DNA of 64,000 nt, from assembly GCF_009914755.1 (NCBI RefSeq), contig NC_060930.1; one strand, given 5' to 3'. This document shows, one piece after another, positions 37,701 to 49,419 of the stretch; the first letter of the stretch is position 1, and the number at the start of each line of letters is the position of its first letter. The notes beneath the pieces are model-generated. The model was not told the DNA's origin and searched no databases. It worked only from the letters and a program-made list of their open reading frames with translations. The position numbers and the translations under genes were made by a program. The stretch is from the human T2T-CHM13v2.0 reference genome, Homo sapiens.

Positions 37701-37924
37701 CCCTTGCTGACCCCAGCATCTCCAGGGCCAGCCCCAGCTCTGCCCTTTGGAAAGGAGGGGACCTGTTCTGGCTGGTGCCATGGCGGGTGCCACTTGGATT
37801 TCACGACCTGGCCATGATCCCCACGGCCCACTCCTTGCTGTGACCTACAACTGCTTCTCCAACCCCTCTGCATGGTGGAGTGCTGCACTGGAACAGGAGT
37901 GGCTGCCAGGCCGGTTCTATTGGT

Positions 37925-39955
37925 TTAGCTGGGGTTGTTACTGCCTGTTCCGGGTTGTTACTGCCTGCTCAGGGTTGTTACTCTCTGTTCCGGGTTGTTA
38001 CTGCCTGTTCAGGGCTGTTACTGCCTGTTCCGAGTTGTTACTGCCTGTTCCAGGTTGTTACTCTCTGTTCCAGATTGTTACTGCCTGTTCGGGGTTGTTA
38101 CTCTCTGTTTGGGGTTGTTACTTTCTGTTCGGGGTTGTTACTCTCTGTTCGGGGTTGTTACTCTCTGTTCGGAGTTGTTACTGCCTGTTCGGGATTGTTA
38201 CTGACTATTTGGGGTTGTTCCTCTCTGTTCGGGGTTGTTCCTCTCTGTTCGGGGTTGTTACTGCCTGTTCGGTGTTGTTCCTCTCTGTTCGGGGTTGTTA
38301 CACTCTGTTCAGGGCTGTTACTGTCTGTTCGGGGTTGTTACTGCCTGTTCGGGATTGTTACTGCCTGTTTTGGGTTGTTACTCTCTGTTCCGGGTTGTTA
38401 CTGTCTGTTCGGGGTTGTTCCTCTCTGTTCGGGGTTGTTCCTCTCTGTTTGGGGTTGTTACTGCCTGTTCGGGGTTGTTACTCTCTGTTTGGGGTTGTTC
38501 CTGCCTGTTCGGGGTTGTTACTGCCTGTTCGGGGTTGTTCCTGCCTGTTCGGGGTTGTTCCTCTCTGTTCGGGGTTGTTCCTCTCTGTTCGGGGTTGTTA
38601 CTGCCTTTTTGGGGTTGTTACTCTCTATTTGGGGTTGTTCCTGCCTGTTCGGGGTTGTTCCTGCCTGTTCGGGGTTGTTTCTGCCTGTTCGGTGTTGTTC
38701 CTCTCTGTTCGGGGTTGTTCCTCTCTGTTCGAGGTTGTTCCTGCCTGGTCAGGGTTGTTACTGCCTGTTCGTGGTTGTTACTGTCTGTTCGGGGTTGTTA
38801 CTCTCTTTTCGGGGTTGTTACTGCCTGTTTGGGGTTGTTCCTGCCTGTTTGGGGTTGTTCCTCTCTGTTCTGGGTTGTTCCTCCCTGTTCTGGGTTGTTA
38901 CTGTCTGTTCAGGGTTGTTACTCTCTGTTCAGGGTTGTTACTGCCTGTTCAGGGTTGTTCCTGCCTGTTTGGGGTTGTTCCTCTCTGTTCCGGGGTTTTA
39001 CTGTCTGTTCAGGGTTGTTACTGTCTGTTCAGAGTTGTTCCTCTCTGTTCGGGGTTGTTACTGCCTGTTCGTGGTTGTTACTGTCTGTTCGGGGTTGTTA
39101 CTCTCTGTTCGGGGTTGTTACTGCCTGTTTGGGGTTGTTCCTGCCTGTTTGGGGTTGTTCCTCTCTGTTCCGGGTTGTTCCTCCCTGTTCTGGGTTGTTA
39201 CTGTCTGTTCAGGGTTGTTACTCTCTGTTCAGGGTTGTTACTGCCTGTTCAGGGTTGTTCCTGCCTGTTTGGGTTTGTTCCTCTCTGTTCTGGGGTTTTA
39301 CTGTCTGTTCAGGGTTGTTCCTGTCTGTTCAGGGTTGTTCCTCTCTGTTCGGGGTTGTTACTGCCTGTTCGGGGTTGTTACTGTCTGTTCGGGGTTGTTA
39401 CTCTCTGTTCGGGGTTGTTACTGCCTGTTTTGGGTTGTTCCTGCCTGTTTGGGGTTGTTCCTCCCTGTTCCAGGGTTTTTACTGTCTGTTCAGGGTTGTT
39501 ACTGCCTGTTTGGGATTCTTCCTCTCTGTTCGGGGTTGTTACTGCCTGTTTGGGATTGTTCCTCTCTGTTCGGGGTTGTTACTGCCTGTTGGGGGTTGTT
39601 ACTGCCTGTTTGGGGTTCTTCCTCTCTGTTCCGGGTTTTTACTGTCTGTTCAGGGTTGTTACTGTCTGTTCCCGGTTGTTACTGTCTGTTCAGGCTTGTA
39701 ACTGCCTGGTTCTGGGTTGTTAGTGTCTGTTCAGGGTTGTTCCTGCCTGTTTGGGGTTGTTCCTCTCAGTTCGGGGTTGTTCCTCTCTGTTCGGGGTTGT
39801 TACTCTCTGTTCGGGGTTGTTACTGCCTGTTGGGGGTTGTTACTGCCTGTTTGGGGTTCTTCCTCTCTGTTCTGGGTTGTTATTGTCTGTTCAGGGTTGT
39901 TCCTCTCTGTTCCGGGTTTTTACTGTCTGTTCGGGGTTGTGTTACTGTCTGTTTA
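37925..39955. repeat. Minisatellite, 20-bp unit, ~100 copies
   Basis: Unit CTGCCTGTTCGGGGTTGTTA, in exact phase from 37931 to 39480. Confidence 0.99.
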
Positions 39956-41419
39956 GTCCTGTGAGATGCTGCACAGGGGGGTGCACAGTTCTGGGTACCA
40001 GAAAGGGCCACATGGATGCTCAGTGTCAGGTCCCCTGTGTTGTGCAGGCCTGTCTCTTCACAAACACTCCCACGTGTATTTAGCATGTACATGGGCTGCG
40101 TCAGCACTGCCCTCAATGCACATTAGGAAGCCAGTTCCTGAACATAGCCCCCTAATTACAGCACCAGGGAGTTTACTGACAAACTGGCCCCTCACCTTAC
40201 TGAAAAATTTACATGGACACAGCCCTCAATCATCTTAGGTCACCCACTGAATTTCTAGGCAAGGACCTGTTTTCTTTCCAGGGAAGCCACGCGGGCCCAC
40301 ACTTCACTGCTTCCGAATCAGCTCCAGCCACCCCCGGCGTGACGCAGCCGAGCAGCTGCCCGGCCATGCCCACCCGTCCCTGCCCCTGACTCTGCCGTAG
40401 CTGATTTGGGGGAGGCAGGGGGCATATAAACGTGAATTTGCAGCATGCCGGGCGAAGACGATCGTCGATTAGCAAGTACTTTCATAAATCCAGAGTGAGG
40501 CGGCAACAGAAAAATGGCTGAAATGGCCTCACTGACTCACTGCCCCTTTATTCAACAACATCTGTGGGGCCTCCCGCGAGGCAGGCGCTACTGCGCAGGT
40601 GCACGGGGAAAGGGTTCCTCGTGGCCAGCGTCTCTGCACGCCACGCCTTCCATGAGGCAGCACTTCTTACCCCAGCTCCCCCTGTCGTCTTCCAGGGCCG
40701 GTCTCATTTCAGCTTAACATTCCTAGACCAGCCTACAACACCCTAAATAATTTACCCCAAAACCTCAGTCTCCCTGTCTCTGTCCTAAGGACACCAGCAG
40801 ACTCATAACATGAGGCAACCCTTTCTTTCTCTCTCTGATGATGTAAAGCTGCTTAATTTTTTACTGGCTAGGTCTGCTCTCCCATGAAATATTTATTCCC
40901 ACGTGGCCCCAGAGCATTTCTTTGCTTGGAAAGCAGCCCCCACCTCTGCCACCCCAGAGAGGAGACATCGGAGCTCTCAGGAGGGGTTGACTCAGAGAGG
41001 AGAGGACGGAGGGGAGCTGTATTGCTGGGGACCAGGCTGGGGTCTCAGGGCCTGAGCCCCCTTCCCTGACCTGCACCCAGCCCTGGCCCGAGGCAGCCAG
41101 ATGAGGTCATGGTCACCATGAATATTTAAGGAGATCGTTTTAATGTTCACACATGGATTGCTGCTGAAATGCAATCCCCCATCACCGTAGGTGCTTCCTG
41201 GATGCCCTGGAGAAATAGGTCTCTGTGGAACCAGGGCCAAGGGAGAGGAAGAAGGGGCAGGGCCCTGACCAGGACTCAGCTGTGAGGCAGGGCCCAGCAG
41301 GCTCAGGAGTGCATTGTCTCAGGGAGATCGACATGGAACACCAAACAGCTTCATTTTATCATGGCAGCCCCTCCCGGTTTAGACCAGGAAAATTAATTTG
41401 TAAATGCTCTAGAAATAAA

Positions 41420-41446
41420 TGAGAGAGAGAGAGAGAGAGAGACAGA

Positions 41447-41482
<36 letters not shown>

Positions 41483-41543
41483 CAGAGAGACAGAGACAGA
41501 GAGAGAGAGACACAGAGAGAGAGAGACAGAGAGAGACAGAGAG

Positions 41544-41588
<45 letters not shown>
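41420..41588. repeat. (GA)n/(GAGACA)n microsatellite
   Basis: About 170-bp GA run with CA interruptions. Confidence 0.97.
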
Positions 41589-41590
<2 letters not shown>

Positions 41591-42149
41591 CCAACACTAA
41601 CCCTAGCTGCTTCTGCTGCTTCTGCCGTTTAGGAAGCTTGGCAGGAGAACCACCTCCGCCTGCCCCTCAATCTTGGCTTCCAACTTCCCAGTTTCTATTT
41701 CAACCAGAAGAGAAAATGCTGAGCCCTCACTGACCATGGGAGAGTCAGCTGCTCAGCTGCTCAACCCCGCGGCCTCAGAAGGGGCAGAGGTCTCAGGCCT
41801 ACCGGCCTGTGGTGGCCTCCTTATTCTCCAGAGCCGTCCTGGGCCAGGGGCCGCCCAGCCCACTGCCCGAGCCAAGCACCCTCCCCGCTAGGGCCAGACG
41901 GAACCCCATGTGGGGTGAAGGCAGAGCCAAGCTGAAAACCAAGGAGAGGCTGTACCCAGGCAGTCCCAGCCACCTGCAAGGGGCAGCACCGTCCAAGATT
42001 CCGTCGAGTATGAGACACCTTGGAACGTTATTTAGACAGATTCGTAAAACGTTTTATGCCCAGGGATTTGATAAGCCTTTGAAACATGATAACTAAATAT
42101 AGAGAAGCCACAGAAGCAGAGAGAGGTCCACTTGGCTCAGGGGACGGCA

Positions 42150-42531
42150 CTGCTTTCCTGGGGCTGGGGACCCTTAGCAAGTGCTGGCACTGGGCACCCA
42201 CACAGCAGGAAGGTCTCGCAGTCCTGGAGGCCGACGTGAGACCAGGCATCTGGCAGGGCCAGGCTCCCTCTGAAGGCGCCGGGAAGGGCCTGTCCCAGGC
42301 CTCCTCCTGGGCTTTGGTGGGCATTTTCTCCTGCCTCTGTGCCACCATCCCTCTAGGCCCGCCTGGGTCCACGCCCCTTTTATAAGGACACTGGTCACAC
42401 TGGTCAGGGGTGACCCCGTGGCCTCATCGTCACACACACCTTCAATGACCCTGTCTCCAAAGAAGTCACGCTCTGAGTCTAGGGTCAGGCCGCCCACCTG
42501 CGGATGTGGGGGCACAGGTTAGCCCATCACA
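42150..42531 (-). mobile_element. MLT1B/C-like solo LTR, strongly GC-shifted
   Basis: GGCAGGGCCAGGCTCCCTCTGAAGGC, TTTTATAAGGACACTGGTCA, GACCCTGTCTCCAAAGAAGTCACGCTCTGAG and end CCCATCACA. Confidence 0.7.
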
Positions 42532-43049
42532 GACCTGAGTCCGCGGCTGGGCCCAGCCACGACTCCGCGACTACCCCCCAGCCTCCCTCGAGGAATCACA
42601 TGTTGTGGTTTCTTAGTGGGTAGATTCATGAGTTACCATATGGGATTACAGGGTGCTCGCTGAGCAGCGTGACGGGGTGGGGGACACAGTCATCCCCGGA
42701 ACTGAGCACTGAGGGAGGGCACCTGGGCTGAGGGGGTCCTGGGGCGGCTGTGGGCCCAGCAGCATCCTGGCCTGGGGCAGAGCTGACCGACCCCTTATGT
42801 ATGACCCGGCCAGGCGGCGAGGCCAGCACCCCCAAGTCCTGGGCCGGACACCAGATGCCAGAGCTTCACGGAGCCCCTCACCCACCTGCTCACCTCAGCG
42901 GCTGGCACCAAGGCGCCAACAGCATCCCACAGCTGGGGAGGAAAACTGGAATGCAGGCCCCCAGTGCCAGCAGGGCTCGCTGTGAAAGGAGAGGTGAGGC
43001 TGGGTCCGGATGTCAGGCAGGGGCAGCTGCCGCCGTTGGGGCCTGGGCT

Positions 43050-45090
43050 CCATGGAAAGGGGCTCAGGGAAGGGCCCGTCGCGCACCCCAGTGACACGTG
43101 TGCAGTGCTGGAGGCCCACGGAGCCCCGCAGGCTGGGGGGGCTGACCCCGAGGGACCCCATTTGGCAGGAACGTGGCTCCTCCTGGTGCCCCCGGAGGTC
43201 CAGAGCTCTCCCTGCAGCCGAGGTCTGCGCCCCGGGCAGCCCCCGCCCCCGCCCCCGCCCCTGCCCTGCTGAAACAGCGTCCTGTCGCCGCAGGGCCGGG
43301 GGCCTCCCAAGGAGAACTTCGGGGGACTCTTCCCACTCCCTCACTCTGCGGCTACAGAGCCCCCCAGCCGGCTTGGGAGCGGAGAGGATTCTGGGCTCGG
43401 CCCCTGGAGGGAGAACGCAGCCCCCCTGAGCTCTGAAGCAGCACCGGGCTGTGGCTCAGAGGGGCGGGCAGCTCCTTGTGAACGAGGCCCTTCTCAGGAG
43501 TTCCCACAGACGAAGCCATCCCACTACACAAACAGCCCCTAACGACCCTTTTCTGAAACCAAATTTAAAACGAGACGGCAGGAAAATGGAAGGGGTCCTG
43601 CTCCCGCCGCGGCTTGCCTCACTCGTAAGTGTCGGCAGCTGCTGCTCGCTTCTCAAGGTCGAAAGGAGCCCCCTGGACAGGACTCAGCAGGACAACGGGG
43701 CAACCTTCCAATTTCAAAGAAAACCGCTGCCCTGCCCGGCGTGGGCCCTGCGGGGCCTGAGCCTCGCGGCCTGAGGCCTGCCCCCTCCGCAGGGCTCCTC
43801 CCCAGCTCAGCCCCGTCCCGGACTCAGGGGGGCCCTGGAAGGGCGGGGGCGCCTGGGAAGGACGGGAGGGGTGGGGGCGGCGCACAGCGGCCAGGGACGG
43901 AGACTCTGGGAGCCGGGGGGACCCACAGAGGGCAGGGAGGCCATGGCTTCCAGGCGGGGCTGCCCATGAGTTCTGTGTCCGCCCCCGGCAGGGCTCGACC
44001 CTGGTGCGTCCCCAGCATGTTTCTTGGGGGCGCTGGAGGCTGCTGATGCTGCCCAGAGTGGCCGGACACTCCTGCCCGAGGCCTCCTTCCGCCCTGAGCC
44101 CCCCAAACGTGTGGAGTTGGGAAGAGGAGCGGGCCGGGAAGGAGGGCGCAGGGGAAGGAAAATGGAGAAATGAGGAAAACGTGTCGGTTCTAATAAAACC
44201 ATGTCTCCCTGTTCCCGGGCACGCAGCGGGGCAGCTGGCTCCGGAGGCGGGGCCGCCCACTCAGCACAGCCGCCCAGCCTGGCCGGCTGTAAACAGCTAT
44301 TACTGCTGATCAAAGGCGCTACAAGGACTTAATCACAGGGCTTAAGGTGAAGGAAGTGAGAGGGGGCTGCGCACGACGGGGCACAAACGCGGCGTTAGGT
44401 TTCCACGCACCGCGATTCCCGCGTGCGGAGCGTCGGTCCCCGCCCTCGACAGCTGGAGTGGGGCCAGACGGCCGGGACCCCAGAGTTCAGAGGGCCACTG
44501 TGGCCCACCCGACAGCCACGTATTCACATGAGAGGGTGCGGGTTTCACCTCTCAAGGCGAAGGAGCCTCGCCCGACGCTGGGTGGTGAGCACGTTGAAGA
44601 TGAAAACATCTGAGAGCGCCGTGCAAGATGGGCGACGTAGGAAAAGCAAGGAGCGCAATTCCTCCTCAGATGGCAGAGGGGCAGCCGGCAGCGGGGGAGG
44701 GGCAGTCGGCGGGGGAGGGGCGGCATGTGGGGGGAGGGGCAGTCGGCGGGGGAGGGGCAGCCGGCAGCGGGGGAGGGGCAGTCGGCGGGGGGAGGGGCAG
44801 TCGGCGGGGGAGGGGCAGTCGGCGGGGGGAGGGGCAGCCGGCGGGGGGAGGGGCAGTCGGCGGAGGGAGGGGCAGCCGGCCAGGGGGAAGGGGCAGTTGG
44901 CGGGGGAGGGGCAGCCGGTGGGGGGAGGGGCAGCCGGCCAGGGGGGAGGGGCAGTCGGCGGGGGGAGGGGCAGTCGGCGGGGGGAGGGGCAGTCGGCGGG
45001 GGGAGGGGCAGCCGGTCGGGAGGCATCCAGGGGGAACGGGGCCCTCCTCGCTGCCTGCCTCTTGGACAGAGCCCAGGCGGCCGGTTTCAG
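43050..45090. promoter_or_regulatory. Second CpG-island-like region
   Basis: High GC and CpG density, with GC boxes (CCCCGCCCCCGCCCCCGCCC at about 43240; GGGCGGGG at about 43841). Confidence 0.65.
44676..45020. repeat. G-rich minisatellite, ~19-21-bp unit, ~17 copies
   Basis: Unit GGGGGAGGGGCAG(T/C)CGGCG with variable G-run length. Confidence 0.95.
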
Positions 45091-46758
45091 CTCTGAGTCC
45101 CACAGCCACCACCCTCTCTAGGCCACGGACATGGTCCTCTTGAAGGTTTCCTGCAGCACCCACACCCCTGGACCTTATGGCTGCTGTGCCTCCCCAGAGA
45201 GACGCTGGAGGGGGAGGCAGCCCCAGGGAGTCCTAGGGACAGAAAACGAGAGCGACCTTTCAGGCGCACCACAGATCACGCCACTCTCCTTGTGAGATCT
45301 GCGCTGCTGTTTGTCGCTACTTCTAGAACAAAATCCAGAGCTGCAGCTGCCCCCAAGGTGCTGAGACCCACCCGCGCCCCCAGGCCCACTACCCATGCCC
45401 TTGGCTCATGGATGCACTGAGGCAGCCTCTGGGGCTCGGGGCTCAGGCCTCAGCTGGAGCTCTGGCCTGGGGCCTTTGCACGGCGGCTGCTGCCATCTGC
45501 TCCTCCCTGGCGCTGTGGGGCCAGCTCCTTTCTTCGAGTTCTCTCACTGGACGCGTTGCCACCTCACACGGGACCCCTGACCCTGAGCTGGCCGGGTGGG
45601 GCCAAGTGACCCCAGCACCCAGGAAGTGGGCCCCCGCCCAGAAGCTGCTGTTTGTTTCTTACTAGCACCTAATAAGTTGGAATGTACTTCGCAAAGCCGT
45701 GGCTTTCGTTGACTGTCGACTTGTTCAACACCGCATCCCAGGTCTGTCTGTGCTCAAAGAAGAGTGAGTGCCTGACCAGAGGCGACCGGGGCATCCAGGC
45801 CTGAGCCACACAGCCCTCTGTGTCACACACACGGCTGGACTTCTCTCTGGCGCGTCCTGAGGCTGGCGGGCGTCGCCTTTGCAGGTGTATGAATACAATC
45901 TTCCCACCGTTACTCAGCAGGCACAGGCTCCTGGGGCTCTGCCCCTTCACTGGATGCAGGAGAAAGAATTCTGGGTAGGCAGGAGGGTGCCGGGCTCTGC
46001 CAGGGCCATGTTGGCCACGGGCAGGGCAGCCCAGGCCTCTCTGGGCCTGTTTTCTGTCTCGTTTCTTCTCTCCCAAGTGTAGCAGGATTGCAGAGTGGGG
46101 TCCTTTCCAGGTCTAAAATCATGTAGCCTCTTGTTTTCCTGCTGTGCATGTGTGGGGAGGGAGATTCAGATGACTGTGCACAGCAGAGGTCTGCAAACGA
46201 GAAGACAGGGTGCCTTCGTCTAGGACCCATTCGGGCTGCCACAGGCAAAATGACACATTTCCTGGTAAAGGTGACTGGCACGGCTAGGATCCTGTGCCCT
46301 CAGGAACCCAGCGAGCTGGAGCTGGTGTTCAGTAGCTGATGGCGTGGGGCTTCCCTGGCTGGGCCCATGCAGGTTTGCTTAGGCCGGTACACTCGCGTGG
46401 GGTCCACACTGCCTGAGGCAGGCACCCCCGCGCCCCATCCTTGTAGGTTTGTAATATGAGCGCCTCCTCCAAGCAGCCCGGAAGCCGGCCAGGCCCTGAA
46501 TGGGTTCTGGAGAGTCTTGCAGCCCCATCCAGCACATGACCCAGGACAGGGCCACCCAGCTGTCCTCCCCAGCCCCATCCAGCACCCAACCCCACCCTGC
46601 ATCAGCTGCTCTCCTTGGAACCAAGCTTGCGGGGTGGGGCAAAGGTGACCCCAGCACGCAGCACGGTGCCAGGCATGGAACTGACACGTGATGCCCGTCT
46701 GTTTAACGAGTGAACAAAGGCACCAGAGGCTTTCTTCCCTTGAACACCAATCTTCCAA

Positions 46759-46837
46759 CCTAGATTAGCAGCCGAGCGAGAGGTGGCGTCTGAACAGCCT
46801 AGATTAGAGGCCGAGCGAGAGGCGGCGTCTGAACAGC
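46759..46837. repeat. Two-copy 39-bp tandem duplication
   Basis: CCTAGATTAG..GCCGAGCGAGAGG(T/C)GGCGTCTGAACAG x2. Confidence 0.9.
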
Positions 46838-47949
46838 ACCCTGGGATCAGGCAGCGCACGCTTCCCACATGTGTCTTGCTCGTTCACTAAACAAATATTT
46901 GTGCTTGGCACCAGTTGATATGTTGGCATTGTGTTTCATCTGATTGTGTGTTATTTAAAAAACTCCTATTACTAAATCCATTAAGCAACCAAACTGCTAG
47001 AGTCACTAGATTAAAATGCATGACACACAACTACAGGAAAATGTCAGGAAATGCAAATCTAGGCAGGCGTCCTCAGACATATCAGCTATGAGGAAACTCT
47101 CTCTAGGAGATCTGTGTTTTCCTCCCAAAAGAAGATCATCTTTCCAGAAAAAGAGGATTTTACAGTCAATTTGCTAACATAATATAAATTTGTCTCCTTC
47201 CGGGGACTTATATATGTTAGTACATAATTGGTGTCTTTATTGATGGCTGTAAGAACCAATACCTCCAAAATAAACAGAATTTGTACAATAGTAAAGCCAT
47301 TTAAAAAGGCATGCTCCACTTTATAGAATATAACTTATTAATCACATTTTGAAAGAATAGAAATGCATTCACTCTTAAGATTGCAAGCTGAGCATATGCT
47401 GAAGTCTTTCCCCATATGCACATCAAACTGTGAAATGATAGGAAAAAATAGTAAACATATGGAGAGGCATCTGGAAAAACAAAGAACAGGAATTCTCTGA
47501 GAATCAGCAGCTCTCAGGAAACCCGGACAGGTTCCATTAAAGATGCAGCTGCCGTTCCAATATTCGCCCACTCCTGGACTGGCTCATGGGAGCACACAGC
47601 CACTCCAGGAGTTCCACGCCAGGGAGGAAGGCAGGCAGGTGCATCCTGGAGAGCACACGGGAGTTCCCCAGGTCCCAGTAGAAGGGGCTGGCTTTCCAAC
47701 TGCTACCGATCCCCTTACCCAGGCTGGGAAGCTGGCAGAGGGGTCAGGACCAGGCAGAGCAGCAATTGGGCCAGGGAGAGGAGGCCGCGCCAGAGATGTG
47801 CTGGGGAGGCCTGAGCCAGCCCAGAGAGCAAGGTTCAGAGGTCAGAGGCCACTCATCTCCCACTCTCCCTGGGATAACCCAGAACTCAAGCCCCAAAAGG
47901 TGACTTTTCTGGCAGGCTGTGTACGGGGGAATAACTACCTCAAAGACGA

Positions 47950-48325
47950 CCCCACAGTCAAATATAGTCAGACGTCTGAAGCATCAACGCCATGAAGACA
48001 AGATTACCAAAGAATTTGCACTTGAGAAAACTGAGCTAATAGCACCACCGAAACAGAACATTTAAAGTGTAAGCAATAGCCTCAGAGAGCCAAAAGGAAC
48101 ATGCAGTATCTGCGACTCAGGAATGGAAAGTTATGAGTAAGAACCAATTAGAAATACAGGAAATTAAGGATACATTTGTTGAAACTTAAAAATTCAAATT
48201 ATGCTTTGAATTTTAGAATGAATATAACAGCACTGTGAGTAAATGAGCTTTAAAAACAAGCAGAGAGATTTTTCCAGAATGTCAGAAATCTAGATGGTGT
48301 TAAAGTTGAAAGACATGAAAGATTA
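47950..48325 (+). mobile_element. Ancient L1 (L1ME/M4-like) ORF1 remnant
   Basis: A-rich tract AAGAACCAATTAGAAATACAGGAAATTAAG...GTTGAAACTTAAAAATTCAA typical of an L1 ORF1 coiled-coil region. Confidence 0.5.
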
Positions 48326-49419
48326 ACTGAACACACATGTTCGCTCTGGCTCTTGGAGGAAAGCGTGGAGAAGTTAGAACGCCAGCCCATGGAGGGATGG
48401 TGCAGCTGTAGGCACTTCCTCTGCACTTTGACAGGAATACATTTGCGAGGTGTTTACCGATGGTCTTCGTCCCCACCCCACTCACCTAATTCTCTAACGT
48501 AAGAGGCCTCCGAAGTGATCACGCGTATGTCCCAGTACCAATGTTGCAGGCTCTGGAGAGGAGTGTGCCCCGCTGGGAGGGACATTGACGCCCACTAAAC
48601 ATGGACACCTGGGCCACTGCGCTGGCACCGGGAGAGGCAGCGTGTTTATGGTTGATTGACAGGAAGTTTGGTTGGAGCACAGTTTTGCTATCCTCTTCAA
48701 ACACACACAAAGAGGTGCGTGGGGCACAGGTCAGCACTGGGTGGACGTGGTGGCTTGTTCTGGGTCAACTGGGTCAGCTGGGAGGGTGGTGAAAGAGTAA
48801 TTTTGCATGGAATCTGCAGGCAGACGTGGGGCGGCAGTCGAGACCCTCCAGCAGGGCAGGGCAGAGCACCCCACAGGTTCCCGTGGGCCTCACTGTCCCT
48901 CGCAGCCTCCAGCTCCTCTTCCCAGCGGTGCCCTAGGCTCACCAACAGAGCTTTGGCTGAAAACTGCGGAGGCCACAGCCACACAGAGCACAGCCTCCCT
49001 CAGGCTTCCCTTGAGCTCCTGCTTCACCTGAGAGCTGGGGACACCTTGGATTCTCATCCTGGCTGGAAGCACCGTGTCTGTCCCCAGCTTTCCTCCCAGA
49101 CCTCCACGCCCAGCTCCACAACTCCTGTAGCAAAGACCTCACCCAGTAACACGGATTGATTAGGGACTGCTCTCCACACTCCCATGGACCCCTGAGTAAG
49201 ACACCAACAAGTACTTGTTGATGGTCTAGCTTGAAAGGCACTGTGCGAAGAGCTGGGAACTCAGAAAAGGGCCAGATGACGCTTCTGTCTTTAAGGAGTT
49301 TGTCCTTTATTATGCTCATGGTCCAAAGGCTCTGCTAGGATGGGTACGAAGAACTCCTTTTCCTGTTCCACGATTGTCCATGCTGTCAGGGCTGCTGCTG
49401 TCATATTCTGTAAAAGCTG

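Noticed and set aside
37747-39964. Three overlapping hydrophobic, Cys-rich ORFs of 488-694 aa
   Set aside because: All three frames read through a stop-free 20-bp repeat; non-ATG starts; no domain structure.
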